Positions 26,162 through 39,690 of a DNA stretch of 64,000 nucleotides are shown piece after piece. Positions within the stretch are counted from its first letter, which is position 1; every line of letters starts with the position of its first letter. The translations under genes were made by a program, and so were the position numbers. This stretch comes from Lama glama. Taxonomy: Eukaryota. The stretch spans positions 29,452,001 through 29,516,000 of the forward strand of contig CM052816.1 in assembly GCA_028534125.1 (NCBI GenBank), written 5' to 3'. Below the pieces are notes generated by a model. The model was not told where the DNA came from. It worked only from the letters and a program-made list of their open reading frames with translations, and searched no databases.

Positions 26162-29100
26162 GTGAAGAAGTATTCCATTTGTTACCATGAATGTACAAAT
26201 ATTAGGGCAGCCATAAAAGGGAAGGGAACTTACAAAAGACTGACAGACGGGTAAAATGTGGGGTGGAGGTGCTTGTAGGGAACTCAGAGTTCAGGTATGC
26301 ACCAGGAAGACTGTGGTGATTAATCCTCTGCCCCGTGGTCTCTCTCCACGTCACTGCCCAACCTCCTCTATCAGCCCCTTTCCCCATCTGTGAGGCTGGA
26401 AGGTGCCTGGTGTGCTGGACTCTGGGGCAGCAAACCTGGAGGGTGGCTGGCTGGAGAGGAAGGCTGAGGCATGCCTCAAATCAGTCCATGTTCATACTTG
26501 TTGATCCCTGGTCAAATATTTAAACCTAGAGGGAAAATATAGTGGTTCAACTGCAGTCAGTGGCAAGCAGCAACAGTAGCGGACCGTTACTATTCATAGT
26601 TTTCCTGGCCCCTATTACAATGATAAACTGCAAACTGACCAGAATTCAGAAATAGGAAAGAAACTCTCAAGTTGTGGCACAACTCAAAATGCAAAAAAAG
26701 CCAAAGAAGGAAGAGGAGGAGGAGAAAGAAGAGGAAGTGGATGGGGGAGGGGGAGGAAGTGGATGGGGGGGAGGAAGTTACAGCCAGAAGGCGTCAAAGA
26801 AAAAAAAATCTGTTCTCCATTTTCCCACTGCCCACCATTACAAGGGGAGAGGGGCACTCAGAACAGGACAGATTCCTGGAGGTGCCAGGACTCAGGACAG
26901 GGGAGTAGACCCGGGCAAGGGAAAACGGACCACTTGGCAACCCAAGGGTCTTGGGCCTGGGGCTCTTCCCAGCATGTGCCATTCCTGGAAGAAGGACTCA
27001 CATCCCTTGTTAGTGATCTACAAAGTGACACGAGGTGTCATAAAGGCACACTCAAGGGTGAGGTCAGCACTGCCAGTGTCTGGAAATCCAGTCTGTCAAC
27101 GAATGAACACTGAGCTGACTCCCCAGCGTCTCTACTTCATGGCTTTCAATTCCTGGATTTATTTATGCAATGCGACTATTGGTTTTGGTCGTTTTTTGTT
27201 CTTAACCTGGCTGCAGGTTAACATTTTTTTAACCCAGTGAGGACTGGATCTACTTGAAAAACCACTTTGTTATTTCTTAGGATGGGTACACAGGTGTTCA
27301 TTTTTTGCCTGTTCATTTTTATCTTCTTTAACTTTAAAGCCACTCTATACTTCCAAGAGATTTGCACTTTCCACTACCAAAAACCAAAACCAAACCAACC
27401 AAACAAACAAACAAAGAAACCACTCAACAACAACAAAAAAAAACCCCTATAGATATCTGCTGCCTCAATAATCTTACAGAACAAGACCTTAAAACTGGTC
27501 TCGCAGGCTAGGGGTTTTCAGTTTGCCATGCATCAGTCACGGGGGTGGGGCTTTTAGAAATGCAGCTCCCAGACCCGGCCTTTGTGATGCTGGAGTAGGT
27601 GGAGCCCAGGATTCTGCACCGTTTGTGTGCGGATTCCCAGGTGATGCTAACTTGCAGTCACGTAGGGAGCTACGGCCCCAGATGAGCCCTAAAATACAGC
27701 AGCATGTTGGACACGTTCAAAGTTCCATTTAGCAGATTACCTCTGTGGCTGCCCAGATAATCATACTCTAAAACCAGCCCACCTGGGGACCCAGGGCTGG
27801 GACACCCTGCTTCCTCAAGAAGCTCCTTATCCATACAGAGTCTCTCACCTTAGCAGCCGTTCCTTCTGGAACTCTCAGTGGTTCCAGGCCACAGAGGCAA
27901 AGGAGCAAAACAGCTGAGTGTGTAGAACACAGAGGCCATCGCCAGGCGCTCGGGGACGGCTGAGCTCATCAGGTACACTCTGTGAGTCACTGGGGGCCTG
28001 CCTCTGCTCCAAGGCGGGAGGAATTCCATCATGAAGTCTAGACTGCTCTGCCCTTCGAGGGCGGTGATAGTATTGAATCAAACACCAGCCATTTCCTGGA
28101 AAACTACTTCATCTTTTTAAAGATAGAAGAAAGGGGGTGGGGAGGAGTTATTTCCTGATCACAGAGGGGTGGAATCAGGTATTGAATTTATTTCTAAAAG
28201 GTCTGAGTCATCAAAGATTGTTTTGAACTTTGCAATCTTTTGCCAACATGGTGCCTGCAGTTTTTCTTAGAAGCCAGTGGCATTTCTGCAGAATTCCCTC
28301 TTATTGCATCTACATGTGTGTGAGAGCCTGAACACAGCTCAGGAGCCCGATACGGGAAAGGTACTTAGGGCCCTGCAAGCACACACCACAACCTCCCTCA
28401 CTTTGGTGGACAGTCATAATATAAGGAACTCATTTTTTGAAATAAATAAAGTAATAGTCGGGAGTGGAGAAGGCTTGAACTGAACGCACTGGGTTTGAAG
28501 CAAGAAGATTCAGGCTTAGAGAAGGTACTGGCTGGGTGGGCTGTTTCTTCCTTTGGGTCCTTTCAAAGTGTCCTGTGTGGCCTGGAGAGGGCTGTGTCCC
28601 CAGAAGAGCTTGCCCCAGTGGACAACCCTAAAGATGGCGCCCCTGCCCTCTGCCTCCCGGAACTCTCACAACTTCCCCTGAGGACATGCCAGCCCCAGTC
28701 CCTTTGCAACACCAAGGGCAGCTGAGACATATGCTCCTGTCTGACTTGGACAACCTGATTTCATCCACGACCTGTTTTAAATAAGGGCCTCCCCAGATGA
28801 AAGGCCAACCTACAGCTCACAGTTGAACTGTAACAGGTCTTTACAAAGCTTCCCTTCTGCACAGGGAGACTGAACGCACTGGCTCTTTCTGTTCAGACAC
28901 ATAAAACCCAGGTGCCCTGCTCTGGTTCATTTCTCTCTGTGGCAGCAGCAAGATTTCCCTATTTAATCATGTGACCCTGCAGCTGCGAATCATTGAAATG
29001 GTGCTATATTCACCCCGTTCCTCTGGGTTTCTCTGGCATCATTAGAAGCAAAAAAGAAAGTTCATGCTAAAAGCACGTGTGGTACAAGTTACCTCTCTCC

Positions 29101-32100
29101 CTCTCTACTCCACAACGGCCCAGTACAAATGCCATCCTCCTGAAACGACATCGATTTGGCCAATCCAACAAAGTCTACTGCTCACTTCTGCACAGTGGAC
29201 AAGAGAAGAGGAACAGCCTGGTTTAATCCATATGATATAAATACTAGCCCCCCCTTTTAGGTAAAGAAATAGGCTCAGAGAGCTTAAGTAGATTGTCCAA
29301 AGTCACACAGCCCACGGTGGTTGAGACATGAACAGCTGATTTCAGCAGAGTCATGTGAACCAACGATTTCTTGAGTAAACTAAAACTCTTCTTTATTCCC
29401 AATGTTTAAGGAAACTACGACAAGTGGAATTTTGAACTTAATTCCACTCTCTGTTACTAAAGAAACATACCCCAATTTGTTTATAAGTCGGCTTGGGTTG
29501 CTCCAGTGAAGGTCCATTCCTGTGACCTCTCACCCTTTTTTTTTTTCTTTTTGGTAGGGAAGATTGCTGCATGCCTAGTTAGCTCCCAGTCACCTCAAGT
29601 GAAGTATCATCATGTTGATCTATAACCCCTCTCATTCTACGTAAAAAAGCACAACCCTAAGAAAACAAACATGTTGACACCCATTCAGCTTTGCAACTGG
29701 CTCTGAATCTTTGCTGCCTTGGTTGTGAACCATAAATATTTGCTTCTTGAGAAAAAGCAACTGGTCTCTAAAAAGGTGGGTGTATGTTATTTGAATATTC
29801 CAGAGCCTGTGACATTTTCAACAAGTTTCTCAGGTAACTTCTAGGCTCGATGTGAAAGGCCAGGAAAACAAAATCCTGTGGAATCGGGTGTATTGCAATT
29901 AGACCACGGGTTCTTAGAAACTGACATTAGAAGAAAGGTGTTTCTTACTATTGAAAAATAAAAATACTTTGAAAATAGTTCTTCCACCAACCTAAGAAAG
30001 TGTCTTTACTTTCCTTTGGAAAACTCAGAAGAACTATGAAGCCATCTTGGCCACTGTCAACTCACTTTCAGGGACCTGTTCTTACCAATAAACATGTTTG
30101 TGCAAGTCACCAGTCCTCTTGGATCCCAGGCCTTCATGTGAACATAAGAGGGTTGCACAGTGCCACACACACAGTAAGAGCTCAATAAATGCCTGCTTCA
30201 TGAATGAATGGTGCCCCTGCAAACTGGACTGAGGGGCTGTGCTCCAAACCTGTATACCTTATATAACAGCCAACGTTGCAGTCTAAGACTTATGGGTCAG
30301 ACGGTTTCTAAGGTGCTGCTTGCCCTCACATTCTAGAATTATCTAACCCCTACTTGTAGTTCATTTCCTTCTCTTTAGGTCAAAATGTAGAAGGCAAACT
30401 GATGTTCACTGGATCCTATCTGATCTCGTTTACATTGTGCAACAAGGTTCACTGATTTTTTTTTTTAACCCTCAACAAATCACCCATTTTTAGCTACTGG
30501 GAAACCCCACTGGTGGACAAAAGTGTAGAAACTGCAGTTGGCTTAGACCCCAGGGCCAAAGTCATCAAAACCAGAGAGGAGAGCAGGAAGTAAACTGTTA
30601 CAGGGAAACATGAAGGTTGGGGTGTTAAAAGCTCCTTTTTGGTGTTGGCTGAGTTCTTACTGTGTGCATTTGGTATTAAATGCAGGATGTGGGCAGTGTG
30701 AGGAGAGGAGAGGTGATAAAAGTTAATCTGGCACCACATGGTGCCTTCCCTTAACTTCTGTGTCAGAGCTGATTCTCTGTGAATGCCAAATTGAAGCAAA
30801 CTGTCCCCTTTTGATCCAGGTTGGCCCCTGTTCATGTCCCTGTTGCCCAAGTCATTGTCCAAGCAGATAAGGATTAATTGGATTAATTAACGCTGAGGCT
30901 TTTCTAGTGCCTGACACCATGGCGGCCTCAGCTTCAAGGATCAGCTATTTGAAGTTCCTCAAGCTACAGACCAGCCCGGCTACCCCTACCCCTACCTCAG
31001 CATTTCCTAATGAGTACTGTTTCTATGCAATCATTTCTCTTCACACACCCTTTCCTCGAATTTCAACAGAATGAAGAATTGCAGAGAACGGGCCTCATAA
31101 AACCCTCTATTACTGGCCCTGGCAGTGTGCACGTTCACCCTCTGTTTCTGTCATTCCTTTGGGATCCCAGAACAGCCTGTCCTCGCAATATTCACTACAC
31201 AGATGAAGACTATTTCTAGCAATACTGTCAGAAACAAAATTAAGAGACAACAAAGATAAGCAGATTTTCCAGCTCACACCACCCCTGTCTCATTAAACTT
31301 AAACACATTAGAACACAGGGCACAATAAAGTCACCCTTAAAGAAAAAAATTTAAAGGACCATCTGTGCAGGATCACTGCACTTTGTGGAGAAATTTCTTA
31401 TAGTCAATAATTTATTAATGATTCTTAAATTAGCAGATAATCTTGACAGACATAAGGGCCCATAAGGCCTCCGTTAAGGCAAATAGCTAAGACTGTGCAT
31501 TCAATAACTAAGGTATTCATATTTTACAGGGAGGCAGATGGTAGTCCACTTCCCTAAAACTTTATTTACTCAAATTACCCATAAAAACTCAAAAGGTGAG
31601 CAAGGGATGGGGAGGCAAGTAATGTGTATAGAGGGGAACAGGCATCCCCCCTTAGCCCCAAAACTACAAAAAAGCCAATTATGTTACCAGCTAGAATATT
31701 AATAATAATTTGCTGACTTAACTCTCCATGACAGATCTAATTAGAAGGTGGCAATCAATGTTTCCAGGTGTTTAATTAAATGTGATAATTATTTCATTCC
31801 TTAAAGAGAGATGTAGTCATATGTTTACATTTCAAAGCATAATGTTTCCTTAGTTAAAACACTGTGGAAACACTTTTGTGTAACACAGGATTCAAACCAG
31901 GATAAAAATATCTGCTGTGATAAGCAGCACTTAAAGTGAATTTATCAGCTCTAACTTTCATACGCCAGGGCACAAAGGCAACTTAAAGGCTCTGATTATT
32001 TCCTTTAGCCGCATAGTTCCATTTCCCTTACACTTCAATGAATCATTTCTACTCCACATGCCATTCCCCTACCAGCATCTCTAAAATGAATTCTTATCAA

Positions 32101-32658
32101 GAAAGTGTGGAGCATCTTATGGGTATCTCGACTTTCACAGCAAGAACACAGCAAGAATCAACTGAGATACAGAAGAATTCAGAGACTGTTATAATTGTGT
32201 GGGACTTCAGCAACCAGGGAATCATTTTATAGATGGATTAAAGTACGGCTATCAATTGAATCTGTTTTTAGCACAGAAATACACCCAACGTTAGATAGTA
32301 CTGGCTTCTCAATAAAAACAATTTATGGAAGGATGGAATTATCAGTCTTAACGCAAGCATTTTGTTGTTTACACACTGAGCTCTCAACTACTGTCTCCGT
32401 CCTCCCATGGTTCCCTTGGGGTACTGCTCTTCCTACCTAATACTGTGTTTTGGGAAACCAGGTGGCCTTATAAATATCGTGTCACTGAATCAATAAACAT
32501 CTTTTAGGCGCCCAAGCCCAGTTGGTCAGCCCGGTCTTGAACGTGCCTATCAGCCGCCCCGGGTCCGAGGGCGCTCATGAAATGTTTTTGCATCAGGTGC
32601 TGAGGGCTTGAGGGTCACACACACGCGCATAAGGACACGGCGGGGGGCGGGGGGGACG

Positions 32659-32661
<3 letters not shown>

Positions 32662-32722
<61 letters not shown>
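32662..32722 (+). repeat. (CA)n microsatellite, about 30 units
   Basis: Uninterrupted CA run. Confidence 0.97.
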
Positions 32723-32724
<2 letters not shown>

Positions 32725-33057
32725 TTTCTTCCTCAAAGGAAGTCTCCACAGAATGATCTCAAGGCAAAACTCTAGCCCCTGCCCGTTTTACAATGCAGGG
32801 TTGGATTACAATCTCAGGCCAGCATCTCGGTCTGCAATCTGGGGCATTCTGATAACCCGGGCAGTCCTTTCCACAGCAGGGGCTGGTACCAGGAGGGCGT
32901 GACACAAAGCGGGGGCCGCGACTGCAGAAGAAATGAAGGAATAGCGACGGGGCTTTGGGCAGGAGGTGGAAGTTAGGGGGTCAACCAGAGTCCGTAAGGG
33001 CTCCTAACTCGAGGTCTCAGATTGTCGCTGCGACGCAGGAACTGAGTAAAAACTCCG

Positions 33058-33067
33058 GGGAGTTTCC
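33058..33067 (+). promoter_or_regulatory. Candidate NF-kB site GGGAGTTTCC
   Basis: Exact GGGRNNYYCC match 150 bp into intron 1. Confidence 0.45.
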
Positions 33068-33216
33068 GGAGCTGTGCGCGCCTGCACACCCACTCACACT
33101 CACTCCAGAAACTCTCCGTGAGAGGAAAGCGCGCCCCCAGGAGCAGCCCACAGCCCAGCGGCCCGGGAAGCCCCGAGAGGGTGTGTGCGGGACCGGCTCG
33201 CCCGGGAGGCACTTAC

Positions 33217-33430
33217 TCTGAAGAGGGGGCGCGGCGGCGCCGGGACGCTGAGGCGAGCTGGGCGGTCTGACGGCGCGGAGCTCCCTAGCCGCTTGAACGC
33301 TCGCGGGCTCCCGCGGACTGATCAGCAGAGCGCGGGCCACCGACGGCGGGAGAAAAGAAGTCAGGGGCGGGGCAAAAGAAGATAGGGGCGGGGCTAGGGA
33401 CTGGAGGCGGGGCGTGAAGGGGAGGAGGAG
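33217..33430 (-). other. TNFAIP8: Probable TNFAIP8 distal first exon (TSS approximate), ending ...CCCCCTCTTCAGA|gtaagt
   Basis: Perfect gtaagt donor at 33216-33211 inside the CpG island. Identity is inferred from the conserved DMXL1-TNFAIP8 tandem order; the coding exon is not in the window. Confidence 0.7.
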
Positions 33431-33774
33431 CGGCGGGGCTAGGAGGAGGGTCTAGAGGGCCAGGGCGGAGCGAGGAGGAGAAGCCTGGCAGTCGGGACCG
33501 CCCGGGGCCCGGGAGTGACCAGTGCTCGCGAGAAAGCGGAGAGGGGCTGGGCGGCAGCCCGGGAGCTGGACTCAAGCTGCAAGGCAAGACCTTTGGGCGC
33601 CAAGAGCCTGGGAAGACGTTACCTTTGGGGTCTCTCAGTTTCTTCAGTTGTGAAAATGAGATACCAACCTCGTAGTGTGTTTAGACGGTTAAATGAGCTC
33701 ATGCACGTTTGCCCAGTGCCCGGTGCACGTAACAAGTACGCATGAATGTTATCATCTGTTGCCATTATTATGGT

Positions 33775-33812
33775 TATCATCATCACATCATCATCATCAT
33801 CATCACCATCAT
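33775..33812 (+). repeat. (CAT)n trinucleotide repeat at a MIR tail
   Basis: catcatcacatcatcatcatcatcatcaccatcat. Confidence 0.85.
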
Positions 33813-34908
33813 ATCCGTATAAGGCCCCTAAATGTTGCCTGCTCTTAACTTTTTTGTTTTGTTTTGTTTTGTTTTCAGCCTCTACTGGCCTCAAGTCTAC
33901 CCAGCGATGTCTGACGCGCTCCTGATTCCCAATTTTCATTCGCGGGGATGCAGGGCTTCCTCGCAGAGTTAAAGGCTCATTGGCTCCTGAGAAGCCAGGT
34001 CTGAGCCATCCCTTCAGATTTCAGGGACTGACCCTGCCCATACAGCGGAAGGCTGGCTTTTCATCAGAATGCGGCTGAATCTGGGCCTTCCTTCTGGTGG
34101 TGAGGAGCCCTGACCCGGGGTAGCCATTCTCAAGGGCGAAGGAGCTGGACCTTTGACAGAGTATGTTCATATAGTAGGTTCATCCTCCATTGTGAACCTA
34201 CTATATTGCTGGCTGTGTGCAGACGGCTGGGAATATTAATACACTAGCAAAGCTTAATGTGTCACGGTCACTGTATAATCCTCACAACAACCTATAAATG
34301 TAGATCTTATAGCTACCTTAGTTTTACAAAGGGAAAGAGAGGCATAGGGAAATAAAATAGCCTGCCCAAAGTTACAAACTTAGGAAATGGCAGAGTCTTG
34401 TTGGAAGACCGGGAAGTTAACACTTGATAGGTGAAATAGACAAATATCACAACACATTTGGGTTTAATGCTCCAAATAGGAATATACAGAAGGTTCAGAT
34501 GTTTGGGACACTGTCCTGTGGTTGTAGCTATAGAGAGGGGAGGGTTAGGAAGGTCTTTCTGAAGGATGTGATGTCTGAACACAATTTGGAAGAAAGAATG
34601 GGAGCTTCACAAGCAGCTACAGGTGGAGAAAGGACACAGAAAACATTTTTCAAGCATTAAGGTTTGGGGAGGAAGTGGAGATTGTGATAAAGCCAAAACA
34701 ATAGAAAAGAACCAAACCTAAGTGTTTTCTAACTATAGGAGCTAAAGAACATTAACTTGACCCTTGGTGAGTAGAAAGGCAGAAGGATTTGAACCGTGGA
34801 AGACATGTCAAATACTGCTGTAGAAAGATTAATCTGAACACAGCGTAGAGAATACCAGAGCCAGGAAATTTATTTATGGATTTAGTGAAATATGACAGGT
34901 TGGGATAC

Positions 34909-35419
34909 AGTGGTAGCCAGAATAGTAACTCCAGGAAAGATGTCCACTCTCACATCCCCAGAACCTGTGAATATGTTACCTGACATGGCAAAAAGGGACT
35001 TGGCAGATGTGATTAAGGTTAAAGACAATGAGATGGGGAGATTATCCTGGATTATTCGGGTGGAACTGATCTAATCATATGATTCCCATAATGTGGAAGA
35101 ACAGTGAGTCAGAGATTCATAGTATGAGAAGGACTTGACCTGGGTCAGGAGCCAAGGAATGTGGGTGGCCTTTAAAAGCTGGGAATAGACTTCAGCCAAC
35201 AAAAAAGTAATGTGAATCTCAGTTTTACAACCACAAGGAAATGGATCTTTCCTAAGAGCCTCCAGAAAGGATCTCAGCTCTACTGACATCTTGATTTTTT
35301 TCTTGGTGAGACTCATACTGGACTTCTGACACGTAGAACTGTGAAATGGTAAATGTGTGTTGTTTTAAACCCCTAAATTGTTGTTAATTTGTTGTGGCAA
35401 TAATAGGAAATAATTGCAG
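34909..35419 (+). mobile_element. MLT1C/D-type LTR within L2 remnants
   Basis: Motifs gaacctgtgaatatgttacc, gcagatgtgattaaggttaa and gagattatcctggattatt. Confidence 0.8.
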
Positions 35420-38400
35420 ATGCTGAATGCCTAAACTATTGAATGGAAAGAAGGAGGATTCAGGACTTACACAGACCCTGGAGATTGATCGAATGTGGGG
35501 GCTAAGGGAAGGAGAATCATACAGGTTGACTGGTTTGGCAGGCTAAGTCTTTGGTGGTGCCATCCAGTGGAGGGAGGGACAAAGGCAGGTCCTTTCTAAA
35601 TACTCTGAGTTTGCAGGGATGGAACTAAATTAGAATTAAAAAGGTTTGTACACTCCCAGGCTTCCTCTACCCCTCAAAATCATTAGAAATGATCCCTGAA
35701 TGCCCATGAGCAGTAGTATCTGTCATCAGCAACTGAGAGTCTTAGCTCTGTGTAAGCTGGATCACTTTGGACAAAGCACAAAGCCCTAATGAGACTTGGC
35801 TTCTTCTACTGTCTGAGATAGAAGGAGGAGCCCCATCTGTGTGACTGCTGGGAGAGTCAGCCAGGATGTCATGATGTCTGTAAACTTAACCCCAGTAACT
35901 TTTACCATTGCTTCATCAGCCTCCTTGTCTCAAGCTGCACCCTGGAGTACAATCCCCAGAGCTGCTTCTACCTTCAAAGATAAAGATTATAAAATCTTTA
36001 CGATGGAGATAAATCATTCCGTACTCCTACTACATCCTCTCATCCTTGGTCCTCACACTCTTCCTTTACCTCATGTAGACTTGCATTTCTCCTAGTTGGC
36101 TTTCTTTTCTATCCAGCCCAACCCCAAGAACCAACACTTTGGTCACTCACTGCTAGTGCCTCCTATTGCTTTACTCCATCATTCTTTTCCTTGTACTTAC
36201 CTGGCAAATCTTTCTAGCCATCCACATTATTATGGGCTACTTAAGAAGAACCAAAAAGTGTGAAACCCGATGCTCTGCATATTCATGATTTCTGATCTCA
36301 GCTAAATCCTCATGCAACCTGGATTTCCTCTTGCATCATGGATGGAAAGGAAAAGGGGGTTCAATCTTTATCCCTTTCCTCGAGACATCTTTTGCACCCC
36401 ATCCCTCCTGCTCTTGAAATACAATCTTACTTCCTATTTCAGAGAACATATATAGATCATCAGTAGAGAAATTCCTTGACTTCCTGCCCAAGCTGCCAAA
36501 AATGCCATTTGCATCCATACTCACCTTTACTTCCTTTGCTTTTATCCCAGTGGATCAGAACAAACCTATTCACCAGTTCTCTGAGTCCCCCAGGAGCCCT
36601 CCCATCTAACTACAGAGACTGCATCCCATTAAATAGTCCCTCTCTTTTATCCTCAACCTCTCAATTTCTATACTTTCCCCACAGAACATTAAAAAACGCT
36701 AAAATGTTAAAATAAAATAAAATCTAAAAATCTCCATGGGTCCTACCACTTTCTCTCACCACAACCCACTTTACTGGGCCATCTAGACCTGAGTGACCAC
36801 AGGAGCTGATAGTAGAAACAATGCAGAGTGACCAATGCCTCAGTGCTTACTCTAGGTGGCCTGGGAAGGGGTCTCTACAATCCCAGGCAACTTGCATCAC
36901 TGTCATCAAAGAACAACCAATTTTTCTTCTCTTTGATAAAGACATAGGACTCCACCTTATTTCATAGTGTGATAATATTTAGGAATTAACAGATAATTAA
37001 CTCTCCTATCTTACTTGGGCCAAAAGATACTTGGATCAGCTCATTTTCAAACTAGAACCTGCATATTTCCAATTTGGGTTTGTAAAAAACATATCAGAAT
37101 CTCAGAAGCTCCTAATAACTAGTCCATTATTCAGTGGCTAATTATATTTTTAAATGATTGCACCTATATCTGGATTAATGAAACTTCTCAGACAAACCTC
37201 CCACAAAGAAAATCCCAAGCCCAATAAATCACATGAAGTGAAGATAGCTGTAACTACAGCTGCATGTCAAAAATACCTCTGTGCATACCTTCTATTTTTA
37301 CTTCTGCCCAGCTGAAGGTATAGGGAGTAACTTTAGACAGTTGTAAAGTTGTTAAAAGGAAAAAAAAACCTTCTGACTCAGTTTTCTCTTGTACTCTTCT
37401 TTTGCTTCAAGCTTCTACTCTGTTTACTCAGGCCCAGCCTCCTCTTTTTGAAGTCTAAGGAGATAACTACGTGGCACTGTGAAACGTGCAATAAAAATGT
37501 ATGCACAAATACTCTGGGAGGAGAGTGGAAGTGGCTTGCATTCCCTGGGAGAATGGAGGTTTCACAGAGGAGGTTTCATCCAACCAAGTCAAAAAGGACG
37601 AACTCAAGTTTGCCAGGCAGAGAGAAGGACACTCCAGGCAGCGTGAAGAGAGAGAAGAAAGATATGGCCTAACATTTCCTAGCAGGCCAAAAGCACTGAA
37701 GTGAGGATGTGCTCCTTAAACACAGTCCACAGAAATATCTATGTGGCCTGTGCTTTAACTACATTTTCATGGGAGTATATCAATGAATAAGCCTGATTCA
37801 AAACATGGCTATAACTTCATCATCCTCCAAGATCACTAACTGTCTACTGCTTCAAATCTCTTTCCAGTCCTATTTCTTTTTCAGAGCATTATCATAATGT
37901 AATTGTGTGCTTAAAGGAAAAATATAAGAATGGTAAAGAGTATGTTTGCCCTAATAGAAGTCAAGGTGCAGATTGGGTAAGGTAGGAGAACTGTTTGATG
38001 TCATGCAAACTAGAAAGCTGGCGACAGAACAAAAATCAAGATTTTGGGATCAGTGATCTTTTTCTATTACTTCCACAGAAGTAATCACTAGTGATCATAA
38101 CTGCATCATACAGCATTTTTTACTCTTTATTCATAATTACTTACCTACTATGATAAATTACTAAAACACACCACTTCCTAAGAAAGCTTGCTAGAACTGT
38201 TGCCTGCATCAAAAGGTAACGTCATCCACAATCTTAGTTTGATCAGCCACCCTCTATATGAATACAAGTTCTCTGCGTATTTCCAGATTTTTATCCCTTA
38301 AGCCATCCCTGTATAGAAAATATGCTGCTGCCCCTAGCTAGGGCCCTTATTTTTCTGTGACTGCACCTCTGGATTCATCTATGTGGGTTCTTCCTCACCT

Positions 38401-38855
38401 GAACTATTTTCTCCTTTTTGACCATCTCCAATCTCACTTGAGCCTATCTCAAGTTCTACAAAGGCAATTTTTGTTTTGTCTTTGGCTGTGCAATTCTGCC
38501 CTTTCTCTATGCATATGGTCTAAATTCCTGGCTCTACTAACACAGTTCTCTTCTGTATTTACACCCGTGAAATGCTAGTCCTTATTGGCAATGCTTTACT
38601 TGATTTTAAACAAGACTCCCACCTTAATCCTGGAGTGTTTGAAGCACAACACCCTCACCTGGTGGGCTCTGACTCCTACACTGTCCTCCTTCAGTAACCT
38701 CATTTCTTTCCAATTATCAATCTTCAGTGTAAAGCATTGGTGTGCTATTTACTTCCATGTATGAATTCTTTCTCTGCATGTGTACATGCGTCTGGTCATC
38801 TATCTCCTTCTGTATAAACATGGTCACGTGCATTTTTTAAAAATTTATTCAACAT

Positions 38856-39690
38856 TGTGGTAGATTACAGAGTCTCAGAGTAAAGATACAGTCAAGGTTA
38901 TGGGTGTAAATCCTTTTGTTAAGATCTCAGATTTTAGGGTGTGACATGTCTTATTGTCTTTTCATGAAATACTAAGATTTCTAATAATCTTAAGGTGATA
39001 ATACTACAGCAGCCTCACAGGGGGCCCAAGGTAGAGAAGAGCCCTTCTGAGAAATAAAATATGGGTGTGACTTTTGTCTAATGAATGGATTACTACATAC
39101 AAGAAACCCACAATGTTTTAAAAAGCAATTTCACTAGACTGAACCATAAGGGACAGGACTTGTATAAAATGTAAAGAGGCCCTTGAACCCTCAAACTTCT
39201 CTGGCCAGCAATGAGCTGAGAACACTACAGTTAAAAACATGGTCCACTTTTATGGAAAAATAGTAACTGAGAGGTAGAAAAAAGCAGCCCAGAGGGTGGA
39301 GCCAAGAGTCCTGCAGAATTACTTGCAGGAAACAGGGTTACTCAAGGAACTGGAGACATGCGCCCAGCTAAATTCCAGAATCTCTACAGACCACGGACTG
39401 CCATGTGACTTATTTTCTCTTTTAGAATGGGAGATATCTATCCTACCTCTGTCCCACCACTGTATGTTTCATGGGTGGGAGGCACATAACTAGCCTCATT
39501 TGTTCATGGGTCTTTAGACTGAGGAGCGCTACACTTAAGAAAGCTCATTTGAGGAGCCACATATACACCTGAACCTGACTTAGATAATGGAATCCTGGGG
39601 TCAAGCCTAACCGTCATGCAGTAATAGGATGAAATCACTGGACTTCTTGGGAGGGAGGGAGGGAGGGAGGGAGGATTTTGCATGTGGGAG
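38856..39690. mobile_element. Probable ERVL/MaLR-related LTR fragments
   Basis: Degenerate LTR-like motifs; family uncertain. Confidence 0.4.

Larger units (their letters stand above)
1..33216 (-). other. TNFAIP8: Probable TNFAIP8 intron 1 (partial)
   Basis: Repeat-rich sequence downstream of the first-exon donor with no recognisable coding exons. Confidence 0.6.
32500..33620. promoter_or_regulatory. TNFAIP8: CpG island / promoter with Sp1-type GC boxes (probable TNFAIP8 distal promoter)
   Basis: Sharp rise in GC and CpG content. GGGGCGGGGC boxes at about 33364-33373 and 33385-33394. Lies downstream of DMXL1, where TNFAIP8 starts in other mammals. Confidence 0.85.

Noticed and set aside
26674..27240. 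Longest ORF (188 aa) with E/K/G-rich N-terminus
   Set aside because: It arises from a low-complexity purine tract, has no recognisable domain, and is antisense to the probable host intron.
28479..28882. 14-bp direct repeat actgaacgcactgg 390 bp apart
   Set aside because: No poly-A tail or element between the copies, and a match of this length is plausible by chance in 64 kb.
32955..33745. Multiple ORFs in the CpG island
   Set aside because: Explained by stop-codon depletion at high GC; the peptides are low-information and P/G/R-rich.
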